NCBI GenBank assembly: GCA_002633005.1
Contig: NMRA01000200.1
Coordinates: forward strand, 60,430-124,429
Direction of reading: 5' to 3'
Length of the DNA: 64,000 nucleotides
DNA from: Phoronis australis
Lineage: Eukaryota; Animalia; Phoronida
A model generated the notes under the pieces. The model was not told where the DNA came from and made no database searches. It worked only from the letters and a program-made list of their open reading frames with translations. Position 1 is the stretch's first letter; the number at the start of each line of letters is the position of its first letter. Positions 12,235 through 26,000 of this stretch are shown piece after piece. The position numbers and the translations under genes were made by a program.

Positions 12235-13899
12235 TTAAGACCGAAAAACCAGTGGAAAATATCAGATTCGAATGACGACATTTCCTAAATTATACTGTAT
12301 GGTTCTTTGAACAAACTTTGTCAAGAGTCTTGGAAATTATCTCTTAAAATTCTCGTTGACCTGTTATACGAGATAAGTTGGTTTTCCAATGTTCGTGCCA
12401 CGTTTACGTTCTTTGATAATCTTAAAACACGATGCAGATTTGTTGACCAATTCGTTCATTTAGACGTCAAGCATTTGGTTATCACACTCTTAGTGTCTAC
12501 AAATAAGGATCGACGTTTTTTCCTTGCCATGATAACAAGATCCCTGATTACACCGGCTTGCATCTCCCGGTATTTACCCACAGTGCTGCAGTTCTCTAGC
12601 CTCGCTTTCGCGCCACCATAGATACCGGTGTTTTGGTTTTATGTAGCAACGACGGTAAACTTACGTTTTTATTTCGCGCATTTCGATCAAATTATTGAGT
12701 TTGAAATTTACTTGCTGTGTTTTATGCGAACTAAATCGCATATGCCAGCTATACATGTCGGATTTTTGCTACGAAACGCGCGGGAACTAACTTGACAAGG
12801 TTTTGTTGATCGGCCCGAACACTGCGACAGTTCAACACAAGAATCGAGACTTGTGGCCTAAAGAAACGGTTGAATTAACTGGATAAATCTTTTCATCTGG
12901 TTGAATTCACAGTCTTTTACGAGGAAATTTAGTTTGAATTTTGTGATTTTGTAGGGATTTTGGCTTGACCTAAATGTGATAGTTTCTCATTTGTAACTAC
13001 GTCTACAATACATAGAAAACCAAAATTCAGCAAGAGCGAAATTTTGCCTTTTTTGTGATTTTCACAAGGTCATATCTATTAGCGCGCAAAGTGGTAGAAA
13101 ATGAAAAATACGCCAGCGAAATATTCAAACTTTCTCCTTTCTATTAATATCCATTACAATAAATTGGGACATTAATGAATATTTTTAAAAATCGAAGTAA
13201 TGCGAGCACTTCACACAAATTTCACTCACGGTTAATTCTTGTGACTCATAGTTAGGGGATAAACTTTCAGCTGCTAACTGGCCGTGTCTGAACACATTGT
13301 AATGATATTTATATCAAACTGTTTGCTAAAAAATTCTGCTTTTAACTTTGAGTGTAATTTTTGTGTTTTTTCGATAAAAGTTTAAGAAAATGCTTTTGTT
13401 TTTTTTAAATTACTGCCTTGTCGAAGTTTTTCCTCTTGGAAAACAGTGCACACCATTAATGAAATTACCCTTGTTAAACATTGCATTGCTTTAGATGTTG
13501 AAATTCTATAAATGCAATATTTTGATGCTCAAGCTATAGGCTTTCCTATATGAATTCTCAAGTAAGATAGATGAAGAGAAAATTCTACAATATAAAGATT
13601 GGTTGAGAAACTCTATTTTGGAAAAATAGTATGCAAAGGGTTTTTTGTATTCCTTCCTCAGAAATGTATACAACACAGTCACTTCATGTAATATTGTTTT
13701 TCTGTTTGACATTGTAAAAATCAATTCCACTGTATATTTGTGTTGCCAATTTTCACTTAACGATTGTAAAGTAAGACAAAGGAGTCCCAGACCTCTCTTA
13801 CTCACTGGAACTGGGAAAATAAAAAATGAAGAATGTGTTTTTTGTGTTTGCTGTGCTGTCTTTCGCTGTCATCACGGGATATGGTGTCGTTTCGAAAAC

Positions 13900-14720
13900 A
13901 AGTCTGTTGGTAACAAGTGTAAATTTTACCCTGACAAACTATTATGCTTTAATAGAAATGGATGCTGTATGGACAAAGGTAATAAACAGTGCATTGTGCG
14001 TGATTTGTTTGATGCTGAAGGTTCTTTTATGTCATACGAAGAACTCTGCAACAGTTATTATTAATAATAATAACTTTCAACCTCCAATACCATAATTCTA
14101 TGGATTAAGAAGTGCAACCTTGGCAGCCTACAGGGGTCTTAAGAATAGACAAGACAGTATCTTTTTACCAAATTTTCCAAGTTATATTTATAAAATTTTG
14201 CATAATCAATCACCGTAAGCGGTAAATATTTATGACACCTTAGTACAGTCACTTCAGACAGCTTGTAAATATAAAAACAAGTGGTCATCTGAGATAGATA
14301 TAAACATTGTTATAAATGTAAATTTTAGTGACCCTGATACATGGTGAGGAAAAGTAAATAAACTTCCCTTTATTTGTACAAAAGGTGCAAAATTGTGTTG
14401 GTTTCAATGCCGTTTAATTCATAGAATATTGCCAACCAATAATTATTTGCATAAAATTAAAATAAAAACAAGTTATTTATGCTCTTTCTGTGGTGAACAC
14501 AGTGAAACTTTTCTCCATCTGTTTTGGGAATGTCGTCTTGTCTCCGGTTTCTGGATCCTGTTTGCCGAGTGGTTAAAACAAACATATCATGTAAATTTTC
14601 ATGTGGACAGTCGGAAAATTGTAACATTAATCTGTTGATCATACTAGCAAAAAATTGCATATTTTGCCAAACGTTTGTTAAAAAAATCTCAATTTCCAAA
14701 TGTTCGTAAACTTTATTAAG
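13900..14720 (+). mobile_element. Decayed L1/Tx1-type LINE ORF2 C-terminal fragment
   Basis: IVRDLFDAEGSFMSYEEL then WFQCRLIHRILPTNNYLHKIKIKTSYLCSFCGEHSETFLHLFWEC (zf-RVT-like CCHC); interrupted by stops; boundaries approximate. Confidence 0.75.
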
Positions 14721-15510
14721 TTACATCCTTAAGAAAATACGGTACTTGTTGACTAATGATTTAATGTTATTCTTTGTAAATGGTGTATACTGTATTGTTT
14801 TTGCGACATGTAATTATCATGCTAGAGCAAAAACAGTGCATTGTTGTGCTTTCTAACACAAGAGCAACATAACTATGTTTAGAAGTTGCGTTACCATGTA
14901 CTTTTGGCCTACTGTAATAGTGACAGCAAGTTTTGACACTCAGGTTTTGCAAATATGTCGATGTTAGCCAGTGGCCCTTCCCCTGGAACAAAGCTGCTCT
15001 TTAATTACACAAATATTTATTGTTAAACATTGTTACAAATTCATTTTTGTCGGTTAATACTTGTGCTAATGTTTATGAGTTGATTCGTACAGTAATGAAT
15101 TTAAACAAACACAAATACTATTTGCTTCAAAAAATCAGCTGATGCGGCTGTAAGTGTAAACATGGCTACGCGGGAAGATCAGCTGAAGAGGTTTCTGGTG
15201 CTAATAACTCATAACATGGCCGAATCATCTTGTGAATGTTTTTTAACGACATGACGGAGAACAATATACCCTTTTAATTTTTTCAAGTTTTAAGGCCGCT
15301 CCGTAAAACCGAAGTTTTCTATCCTGCGTCTGCAGCGCCCTCTCATCGGTCAGTGCTTATGTTCTTTGATCCGCAACATGCTCAACGCTCGGACAGGAGT
15401 TGGCAGTCCCTATCTGTAGTCTATGCTTGCAACACACCCTTCACAAGCCGGAGTCGGCACAAAAACCGCGTCAGTTCAAATTCTCACGAGTCGCGCTCAA
15501 TTTATAGGTA

Positions 15511-15559
15511 ACCACAGACAAAAAGAACACAAGCATTCAAGAATTTCCCAATCTTTATT
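15511..15559 (-). terminator. Candidate distal polyadenylation site of DIP2
   Basis: AATAAA on minus strand (plus TTTATT 15554-15559) followed about 20-45 nt downstream by a GU/U-rich tract (TGCTTGTGTTCTTTTTGTCTGTGG). Another minus-strand AATAAA lies near 19518-19523. Confidence 0.45.
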
Positions 15560-16428
15560 TTCAAGCGTTCCTTCCACAGCGTAGAAACTTTCAGAATATA
15601 TACCTAACAAACGTAGAAACCTACGCGACCACCGTATAAATAACTTCACAGAAAATTAGTGTCTACAGTACACACATTGTCATCTATTAGTCATTGTCGT
15701 ATAATATGCAAGATTGCGCTATCAAAATGCGTAACTTTTGAAAGTAATACCCAAATCTTGCCAACTGTCACAGACACTGAGGCGCAGAGCAAGAACAAGA
15801 ACAAGAACAGCAAAGAAAGTTCCCGAAGCACTTCTGCAACCAGCTTCGATATAAAAATACATGTATTAGCAGAACACTAAGGAACACATTTTAATGGCGA
15901 GCATTTAACTGGGTTGCTTTTTAACAGTTGCAGTTGAAAACGTTCAAACATTCTGTCGAGGTAAAAAACTTACACTAGCATTTATGCTTGGGAAAATATG
16001 TTACATTTTAACACGGCCATGTTGTAAGCCTCGTTCGTAGATTACAAAATGCGTTTACAACATCAATCGCAACTGATTGCCACTATAAATGGTCACCGAA
16101 CAGGAAGTTGGTGACTACCATATAAGAAAACGGATCGTTCGTTGTTTCACTAATGGAAAGCCAACCTTAAAACATATTAATTGCCAAATGCTAAGAATGA
16201 TTACAACTGTTGATTTATATTTGTCGACGTCGCCGAGAGAAAAGTTATATAATTTTCTATTGAAATGCATACTCCATACAATCATTTTTGGACTATCGTT
16301 CTCAGTGTTCTCGAGGTGGCGCAAAAAAGTTATGCGCTCTACGTTTCACTTGACGAGCATACGTTTTAATCACTAAATCACGTTTTCTTATGTTGCACAG
16401 CTGTGTAGCCGTGACTGTCTGCGCCCGC

Positions 16429-16850
16429 AGGGGTCTAATCTCTGTATTGTACTCGAAATTATTGTCGTCATTTCCCATACTTTTCTGCGAACAAAGATAT
16501 TATTGTTGTCATTTCCCATACTTTTCTGCGAACAAAGATACGAGTCTATTATTATGCGCTTTAGTATATCACGGTTTATGCATGACTAGTTTGTACTTAA
16601 TGACCCCTAAATTCGAGCAACACTTGTAAAAAATTTAGATTTCGAGTAAAAACTCGAAACTTCGAGTTCATACCCAAACCTTTAGCCTTCATGCTGGAGT
16701 CATCAAGTGCAAAATTGGATTAGACCGTTACTCAAGCAAGCCATTTTGTACTCCAGCATAAAATATTACACCAGTACCTCGAGTTCGAACAAAGTAGAAA
16801 ATGACAAAAATAATACCGAGTTAGATTTCGAGTGAAACGATTAGACCCTG
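16429..16850. mobile_element. MITE candidate in the putative DIP2 3' UTR / intergenic region
   Basis: Inverted ends GGGTCTAATC / GATTAGACCC(TG), internal CTCGAA/TTCGAG repeats; TSD not clear. Confidence 0.45.
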
Positions 16851-19815
16851 GCCCAGGACAGCCAAATATGTTAAAATAACAGAAAAATGTCCAAGGTAGG
16901 CTCTAACACTCAAAATACCGTTGTATGAAAACACCCGAGTATTTTCTTAAATAAGTGCTCCAACCTGAAGCACAATAATTCTTTAAAGAGGGAAAAGGAA
17001 GTCGACGCATTAAGAGGCTTGTTCTCTATTATAGCTCATCATTAACATCGAACATCAACAATTCTGCAATAACAAACTCAAACCAACTATCCTAAATAGC
17101 GGAAAATGTCGGGGTTCTTTTCAAAACGGGTAATAACGGTTACCAAGGCAGAATGAAATCAAGAAGCATAAAGTCACTTAATTCCGAGAAACGCGAACTT
17201 GGTGTTTGTTTAATGTTCGTTTTTGCAAGCGAGATTCAACATTTTCAGCAAAATACCAATATTGAGTGAGTTACAGGACACCTTAGGCCAAACCACACGA
17301 TTGTGTGTTCATTTTGAAAGTGGCGCTTCCGTAGTCCATGCGTGTGCAGTGAAAATAGAATTATTAGGAAATTGAGTACTCGCCATCTGCAAAACCTTAA
17401 GAATTTGGTTGCTATGGATACTAAGGACCGAAGGAAAGAAAAAGTTTTCAAACAAAAGTGCAATCTTGTGGGCGAGGCCTTGGATAACAAAAATGTTTCA
17501 TCATAGAGCAAGAACAAGATAGGAACACAAACAGGTGATCAGAACAAAAAGCCTTAGCCCTAATAGATGTCAAAGCATTCACAAATAATTCAAACTAACA
17601 CATGGGTATACAACCACGCCTCCTTTGAAAACGGTCCACAATCTATAGCATTACATTTTACACTTAATAAAAATAACTTGGAAAGACATAGCATGATATA
17701 CACTTAAATAACATAGCACGATTTCTCATAAAAACTATTTAACAATATCTTACAGCATATAAACAATTTTGTCAAGGCTTTGTTTAGTGAGCTGCTCCTG
17801 CAGCCAATAATCTAAACCAGAAGCTATCAAGATTACTTTAGCGGAGGATTGATTGCTAACACTCTTTCGCTAGATATTAATTTCCTATAAACCATCAACA
17901 GGCAGTGATGTAATGGACACTTCTTGTAATTCCACTGTTAGCCTAAGACCTTACCTAATAGCACTGCATAATACCAAACGCTGATTATGAATGTCAAAAT
18001 GATAGGACCATTCGCCTAAGCTGTTTCTGGTCACAAAATGGTGTTCATGGCGTTTTAGCCACTGACAATAAGACTACAATTGGTTTGTAAACAGTAAAGA
18101 AGGACAAAATCAGGAGTGCGTTATCTTGCAGCGAAAAATAATCATTTATGGAACGGAAATAATAAATTCTATCCAACTTCAACAATACCTCATTGACCAA
18201 TCACTTCAGTGGCCGCCATTATGCAAGGTTACGCAAGTGAGGTCTTGCCATGGTCGAGAAACACCAGCCCTTTACTCCCCCATTTTGCACGGTCTTGCTT
18301 TTCTAGAGTCGAAAAAATCTAACCAAAATCACGTGCTCTCATTGAAATTACACGGGATATCTCGGGAGATCTTGCTTTTCTAGCGAGACACTAGCATTAC
18401 TGAACAGACTGTAGTCATGCTTGCACGTGGAAAACCAGCACGTGGTCTTTCAAGCCTCAGCCGAATTCCCGCTGTTCAGCACCATGACGCCAAGGGACAA
18501 AAAACCATCCTGAATCTTATCTCACAGAAGTTCTACTGAGTAAATACACGGCCAGAGGTTATCAGCAGCTAATTTATATACAAACTATTACAAATCACAG
18601 ACTCTGAGCTGATTATTTTACTTCATCCAACGAGAAACTTGATATTCACGAGGTGGTGCTAGGGAAATAAACGGATCCAGGACACATATTTATCTGAGGA
18701 AAACGTGCAGAAGCAGTAAGCACGGACATAGTGTTGAACTGTCTAGGGTAAAAACATTATACTGCATTCAGTTTTTCTGTACACCTACAGAAGAGACGAG
18801 GTGGTTCACAAGACAAAGGTTTAAACACTTTAGAGGAGCATGCTTGGGAAGACCCCTGGAAAAGGGAACTTCCATTCGGTCAACATGGCTGACATTTGTA
18901 CTAGCACATCAGAATTTCATCACTTGTGCTCAACCCATTCACTTCTTTCACCAACCTAACCCTACTGCCCATTTCACTCCCAGTCATCGTGGGGGTGGGT
19001 GTATTATCAACGCATATGCCCCTGGGTACACAGGGGTATATGCCCCTGGGTACACAGGGGTACTCCTTTGCTTGAAGAACATTTCGCCAAAAGATTTCAA
19101 CCTATCTGCTCAACAAGAAAATATTCACCCAATACACATGCCAGCCACCATGACTAACTAAAAATATCAAAATTTCGTTTGCAACAACATTTATCATGTT
19201 TTATACACTTTTGTTTACAAGAATTGATAACTGCTAATGATAGCCTGTCAACTCTCACACCAATTTCATTATTCCACTTTCCATCATAATGATTGCAAGT
19301 CAATACACAGTTAACAATTTTGGATACATAACAATAAATGTGACATAGATGCAAATGATTGCCATACTAAACGCATCGTTTAAACGCTACTAGCACTGAA
19401 GGCTCACAAGATGCCCAATAAATGGCGCTTAAATGCAACCTCAGCTGCTTGACATACAGTAGACCAACTGTCTCGTTATTAAGACTGTTCTCAGAAACGT
19501 AGTTCAATAACCCTCTCATTTATTAACAAAATTATACAACTAAATGACATTTCTGTCAAACATTTCTGTACATTTCCTGGCTTTTACCATGGTGGACACA
19601 AAAAAAATCAATAGTTTATGAGAACTTCGCAAAAAAAATTTGAATCATGAATTGCATAATTAGCCAAGACTCTTTTGGAAAACTTTTGTATCAGTAAATT
19701 CAACTGCAATGGTAAAACATGAGCAAAGAGGTACAGCCTGGCCATAGCAACTGGACCACAATCAAAACACCAAGTGAGAACACTCGCTGCAGACCTCTGG
19801 AGGAGTATCCAGGAA

Positions 19816-20068
19816 CTACATGTTGTAGGCAACGTAGATGGGGTCCAGCTGGTCACCGAGGAAGCCATCTCGTAGGTGCATGCGCTGCTTCTCACCTCGT
19901 GAGTTGATGGGCACGACTCCTGGGTCAACAACAACGACCACGCCCACGATGAGGTAGTGCTCCTCCAAAACCACGTTGGTGACCAGGGGGACGAGGTCGA
20001 GCGCCTCATTGTCCTTGCCGTCCAGCTCCACCACCACGACCAGCAAATTTGTCCATGTGAACACGGCG
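19816..20068 (-). CDS. DIP2: DIP2 terminal coding exon
   Basis: cag|AVFTWTNLLVVVVELDG...QLDPIYVAYNM TAG (19816-19818). Confidence 0.95.
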
Positions 20069-23000
20069 CTGCAACGGATGAGACCAACTGATTGATATAC
20101 AAGAGCAACGCGGAGCGTTGAAATGCGCCCACAATTGCACCGCATACGGTATCCTTCTAGGGTTGTTTATTGGTACCATAAAGTGGCCAGGAGAGGGCAT
20201 ACTTTGCAAAATGGAAAGGCATGGTCATTGTCTCCTCAATAGGCTAGGGGCAAAATGTGAGTAATCTTCATAATACAAGCACATCCTATACACCATTTGC
20301 TTAAAGCACCACAGAAACATAGAATTAAAAACAAATTTACCAACATACGAGATTAGCACAGCATTAGAAGGCCAGAAACAAATTTCTACTTGGAACTTTT
20401 CCTTCACAGTCACGAACTAACACAAAGTATACACCTGACGACCTATGAAAATACAGAGGTCAATGTAAAATACTAAAATTGCCACTAGAGGCAAATACTA
20501 AAATTGCCACTAGAGGCAAATACTAAAATTGCCACTAGAGGCATACCGGTAGTCAGAATCATCCTAAAGTCGTCATCGTCCGTTGTCAACATCACATAAA
20601 TACACTTGCTAAATTTAGTAAAGATCCTGCAAACGGTTTGGGAGATACAGCCATGGGCGCAAAAAAACAAAACTGCCACTAGGAGGCGCCACAGTAGTCC
20701 AAATCGTCTGAAAATCATTGTCAGCTGTCTTCCTTATAGTAAGCACATACACGCCAATTTTCACAATCATCCTTTGAGCGGTTTGGTTGATAGAGGGGTG
20801 GACGCAAAAATACAGACTCGAAAACAGTAAAAATGGCCACTAGGTGGCGCAAACTACGTCGAATCCATCTGAAAACAGTAGGATAGCGTCATCTCACTAA
20901 TAGGTGCCTACATACCAAATTTCATGAAAATCCGTTCAATACTTTTGAAGATACAAAGGTAAGCGTAAAAAACTAAAATTGCCACTAGGGGGCACACCGG
21001 TAGTCGGATCCGACCAAAAGTCGTCATCTTCCGTTGTTAACATCATATAAATATACTTACACAATTTGTAAAGATCCTGCGAACGGTTTAGGAGATACAG
21101 CCATAGGCGCAAAAAAACAAAACTGCCACTAGGAGGCGCCACAGTAGTCGAAATCGTCGGAAAATCATCGTCAACCATCCTCTACATAGTAAGCATATAC
21201 ATGCCAATTTTCACAATCATCCTTTGAGCGGTTTGGTTGATAGAGGGGTGGACGCACAAAAACAGACTCGAAAACACTAAAAATGGCCACTAGGTGGCGC
21301 AAACTATGTCGAATCCATCTGAAAACGGGAGGATAGCGTCATCTCACTAATAGGTGCCTACATACCAAATTTCATGAAAATCCAATAAGGACTTGTGAAG
21401 ATACAAAGGTAAGCGTAAAAAAATTAAAATTGCCACTAGGGGGCACACCGGTAGTCGGATCCGTCCAAAAGTCGTCATCTTCCGTTGTTAACATCATATA
21501 AATATACTTACACAATTTCGTAAAGATCCTGCGAACGGTTTAGGAGATACAGCCATAGGCGCAAAAAAACAAAACTGCCACTAGGAGGCGCCACAGTAGT
21601 CGAAATCGTCGGAAAATCATCGTCAACCGTCCTCTACATAGTAAGCATATACATGCCAATTTTCACAATCATCCTTTGAGCGGTTTGGTTGATAGAGGGG
21701 TGGACGCACAAAAACAGACTCGAAAACACTAAAAATGGCCACTAGGTGGCGCAAACTATGTCGAATCCATCTGAAAACGGGAGGATAGCGTCATCTCACT
21801 AATAGGTGCCTACATACCAAATTTCATGAAAATCCGTTAAGGACTTGTGAAGATACAAAGGTAAGCGTAAAAAAATTAAAATTGCCACTAGGGGGCACAC
21901 CGGTAGTCGGATCCGTCCGAAAGTTCGCACATGCCGTCCCATTCATGAATGGAACATATGTGCCAAATTTCATGAACGTATGTCAAAGGGTTTTGGAGAT
22001 AGAGCAGCGGACGCCGGACGCCAGACGCCGGACGGACGCCGCCCGGACGGACGGACGAAAGGACGGACAGAGATGACGGCATAATGCGTCCACATATAAA
22101 TATGTGGGCGCATAACAAAATGATAAGCAAAAAATCAAATTAATAGGCACAGATGGGAGGCGCATTTCAAATGAAGAAAAAATTAATTAAAAGACTGATT
22201 GAATGCAAAAATCATCATGAACAACAGAATCAGAAGGAAGGAAAAACAAACATAATTAAGTAAATAGAAGCTGGGACTTACCAAACAAACAAAACAAAAC
22301 AAAAAGATCAAAAACATTACTTGATTTATCCTACTATAAAATTCTCCAGTTTCGGACAGCAAATGGGCAATATTGACGGTCTCAAATGCAATTACGATTG
22401 AAAACAGGCAATTACTCCTAACCTCTCTATTGTACACACTATGAGAACATTATGAAAACGGGTCATGTTGTGAACTGCCTAGTACATTTTCAGAGGAAGT
22501 TGATACAAAATACAGTGTACGATATTTGATACAAAATACATTGTACGATATTTGATACAAAATACATTGTACGATATTTGATACAAAATACATTGTACGA
22601 TATTTGATACAAAATACATTGTACGATATTTGATACAAAATGGTGAATACCAAAATCACACCTTCCCAATCTTCAGCTCCAAGTAAAGAAATTCAGTTTT
22701 GATTCCAGTTGTAGAGACTGTGCCTAACCGGTGAATTATTACCGTAAGTGAGTAAAAGATTAATTTCGGATTTTCAGATAGTTTTAACCTTAAAATAACA
22801 ACTTAATGAATACCAGAAACACTGTAATGATTATCTATTTGAACCTAGTTAATACAGGAAATAAAGATTCACAAATTCTACAATGCCAACATGTAAGCTG
22901 CCTCTACAGTCGATAACTGTGCAGTGACATCATGTGACCACTCACCATTCACAGATCTTGCGGTGGCTCCGCATCACACTGTTCTCAATGTCTATTGGGT

Positions 23001-26000
23001 GGTAGCGCAGTCCTCTCAGCATGATAGTTTCATCCAAGGCACCCACCACAAACATGGCATCGTGTCGTTCTGGAACACAAAACAACAGGGGAATGAACTG
23101 AAAAAAACTGTACAATCAGATACCAAAAATTCATCTTGCAATAAGAACTGTATAATATAATACATGTACTCCACAGTAATTTCCAATAGAACTGATAAAT
23201 AATTTTGTACAGTAATTTCACCAATTAAGGACACAGCAAGTAAAATTTCCTCCCTCTTTTTGCGTAAAAGTTATGTGCACCAAATTAACGCTTTTCCACA
23301 GAACAGTTACATACCACTGCTACAATCAACAAATATTTTTTAGAAAAATGTGCGTATTCAAAACAATGTCAGAAGCTGTTCCAAAATGAAAACAGCAATT
23401 TTTGTTCAAAACTGGTGACATTCTACCCTACACTCGCCATCAAATCAGAATATCGTGAAGCATAATTTAGTTTTCATTACATGTGAACTCATGGGTTACT
23501 ATTATATTGTATGACTTCACGCAATTTTGTTATGGGTCATATTTTTGACTGATTGACACTTCTGATTTTCCACGACAGTTCAGTGCATAGACATATTTTT
23601 AAATGTTTTAGCACTTTTAGAAACTGTCTGTTACAATTGATTCACTTCAGTTTGAAAGCTTGCTCAATGTAAAAGAATGCGAAAAAATCCTTCCGCATCC
23701 TGCAATGCAGTATTCCTACCTCCGTCGGACTGCGTTAACTCTGTGCGACGGACAAAGCCTAGGTAGCCCGTCCTAGCATACGGGGTGCTCATGTCGCCAG
23801 TGGCCAACCTCGAGTCGAAGTGGTCGGCGTGCAGTGACTCATCGCCGTATATGGTGTAATAACCATTGGCATTGTGAGGGCTGGACACCCATATCTGGAG
23901 AAAGATGAAGAAGTCAAGTGAACCTGAAAGGGCAGGTACCAATGACATAAAAACATAAATAACAACAACAACAACAACAACATCAATTTCCAGAACAAAT
24001 AATTCAACCTTTGACCTCAACACTTTTTGTTTCATAAAAAACAATGGTCCTTAATATCGCACCAGATAAGGCGAGGAGTTAGATTTCCTAAAAAAGAAAT
24101 TTGGGAAGATGACGCCTAGTTACAGGCAATGTTCATAGTCACTAACTAGTTTCCTACCTCCCCCAAGTGAGAGTCAGCACACTGGCCCTTTGTCTCCGGG
24201 TTGGCAATGACGACTTTGACACCGGGAAGCAACTGAAAGGAGATGCTATGATAAAGTCACAAAAAACGGGACGTCAAAGACACCAGTCAACAGAACAAGT
24301 TCGCAGACTTTTACATGCGCAAAGAAGATATAAAGGACAACAGTGCATGAGTTATGAATTTGCAGATTAGTCATGTTCAAACTTTCGGACACTCACGACT
24401 ATAAAACTGACCCTGACTTGTACCAAGCAGAAACATTTCAAAAGCTGAGAACAAAATATGGTAGACAAATGAAACCTTATTTTTTCACTTTCTTCATAGA
24501 ATAGAAGTAGCTTTGAACAATGCTTTATTATTACTTTAAATTATTTTAAAGTTTTGCATCATAGATAACAGACGATTAGCGAAGTCGCGGGCATTCACAA
24601 CAACGCCTTTCAAAAATAAGAAAGATCAAAATTTATGAAATTATTTTTTTCCAAAACTGGTGAGATTTTACTATTCTCATGACAGAAATGACTTCTGGTC
24701 ATGAGAGAAAAATCTATTGCAGAAGATTATAATTCAAGAAGTTCTCATTCATAATTTGTCACTTGATGTATCAAGGATATTATTGCTGTCACCCTAATGT
24801 AGAATAAACTGGTTCCACGCTCGACCACTAGATGGAGACACTCATTCATAATTTGTCACTTGATGTATCAAGGATATTATTGCTGTCACCCTAATGTAGA
24901 ATAAACTGGTTCCACGCTTGACCACTAGATGGAGGCACTCATTCATAATTTGTCACTTGATGTATCAAGGATATTATTGCTGTCACCCTAATGTAGAATA
25001 AACTGGTTCCACGCTTGACTACTAGATGGAGGCACTCATTCATAATTTGCATTCTGAAGTTTTTGTTTCCACAAAGATAAGCGTAAATAAGTAGGAAGTC
25101 AAATAAAAGAAACTTTTAAAGTTCGGAAAATGATTTTTGCTTTGTTTGAATCACTTCTGACTACATCAGCCCTTACCTTGCCCGATTCCATAAGGCAGAG
25201 ACTACCAGGACTACCCTTCTCCACCAGTGCCACACGGTCGTGTCTGAGAGCCTTGGTGTCCACGTAAACAGTGGTGGGGTCGGGACACGAAGCTCCCTGT
25301 AAACACAAGGAAAGTGCATGATCCTCCACAGGTTCACATTTCTGTGCAGAGTGCATTGTAGAGCAAGCAATACATTCAAGATCTGCCGGCTAAATACATC
25401 GGGATTAAAGCAAAACTGTATTACGTTTTAGGCAACAAAAAATCTCATTTCACGGTCATTTTCATGAATAGACGAAAATGATCCGGAGTAGACATTTGTG
25501 GGATATCCTTCATTCTCACCACCAGATGGTGTTTCATCTCCCACAATTCATTGCACACAAGAAGCTTCCCTCTACCGTGTTGTTGGTTTCCGTTTTCAAT
25601 GTTTCAACACAACACAATACAACGAATTGTAATGGTTGAACATTCTTGCAAACAATAACAGGTGTAAAAGTGCACCAGTCAACAGAGAACTGAAACATAA
25701 AATGAAACATTTCAAAATTTCCAATAAAAATCCTACAAGTAGGCAACTTAATGAATGACAAGTTAGGCACGACTTCTTGTAACCATGGATTCTTCCTTTT
25801 TTGAACAAGCACTAACTAAAGGATTCAACAAAATCATGTTACCTTTACTAGAAAATAAAGATGCCTAACAATAAATGTGATAGAACACACACATACACAC
25901 ATCATGCACAGAACTGACGTTGATTGACAGGTGTCAGTTACAGGACACATAGAAAGCACAACTATGCCTCCACACACAAAGAAACAAACCTTTGCACGCA

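Noticed and set aside
19760-19818. Stop-codon readthrough extension of DIP2
   Set aside because: TAG-T is not a leaky context and the 17-codon extension has no notable features.
19608-20132. 174-aa minus-strand ORF overlapping the last DIP2 exon
   Set aside because: Alternative frame of a GC-rich coding exon; no recognisable motifs.
25520-25645. Additional cassette exon candidates in the microexon-containing intron
   Set aside because: Either lack a credible acceptor (AAG, purine-rich) or contain in-frame stops.
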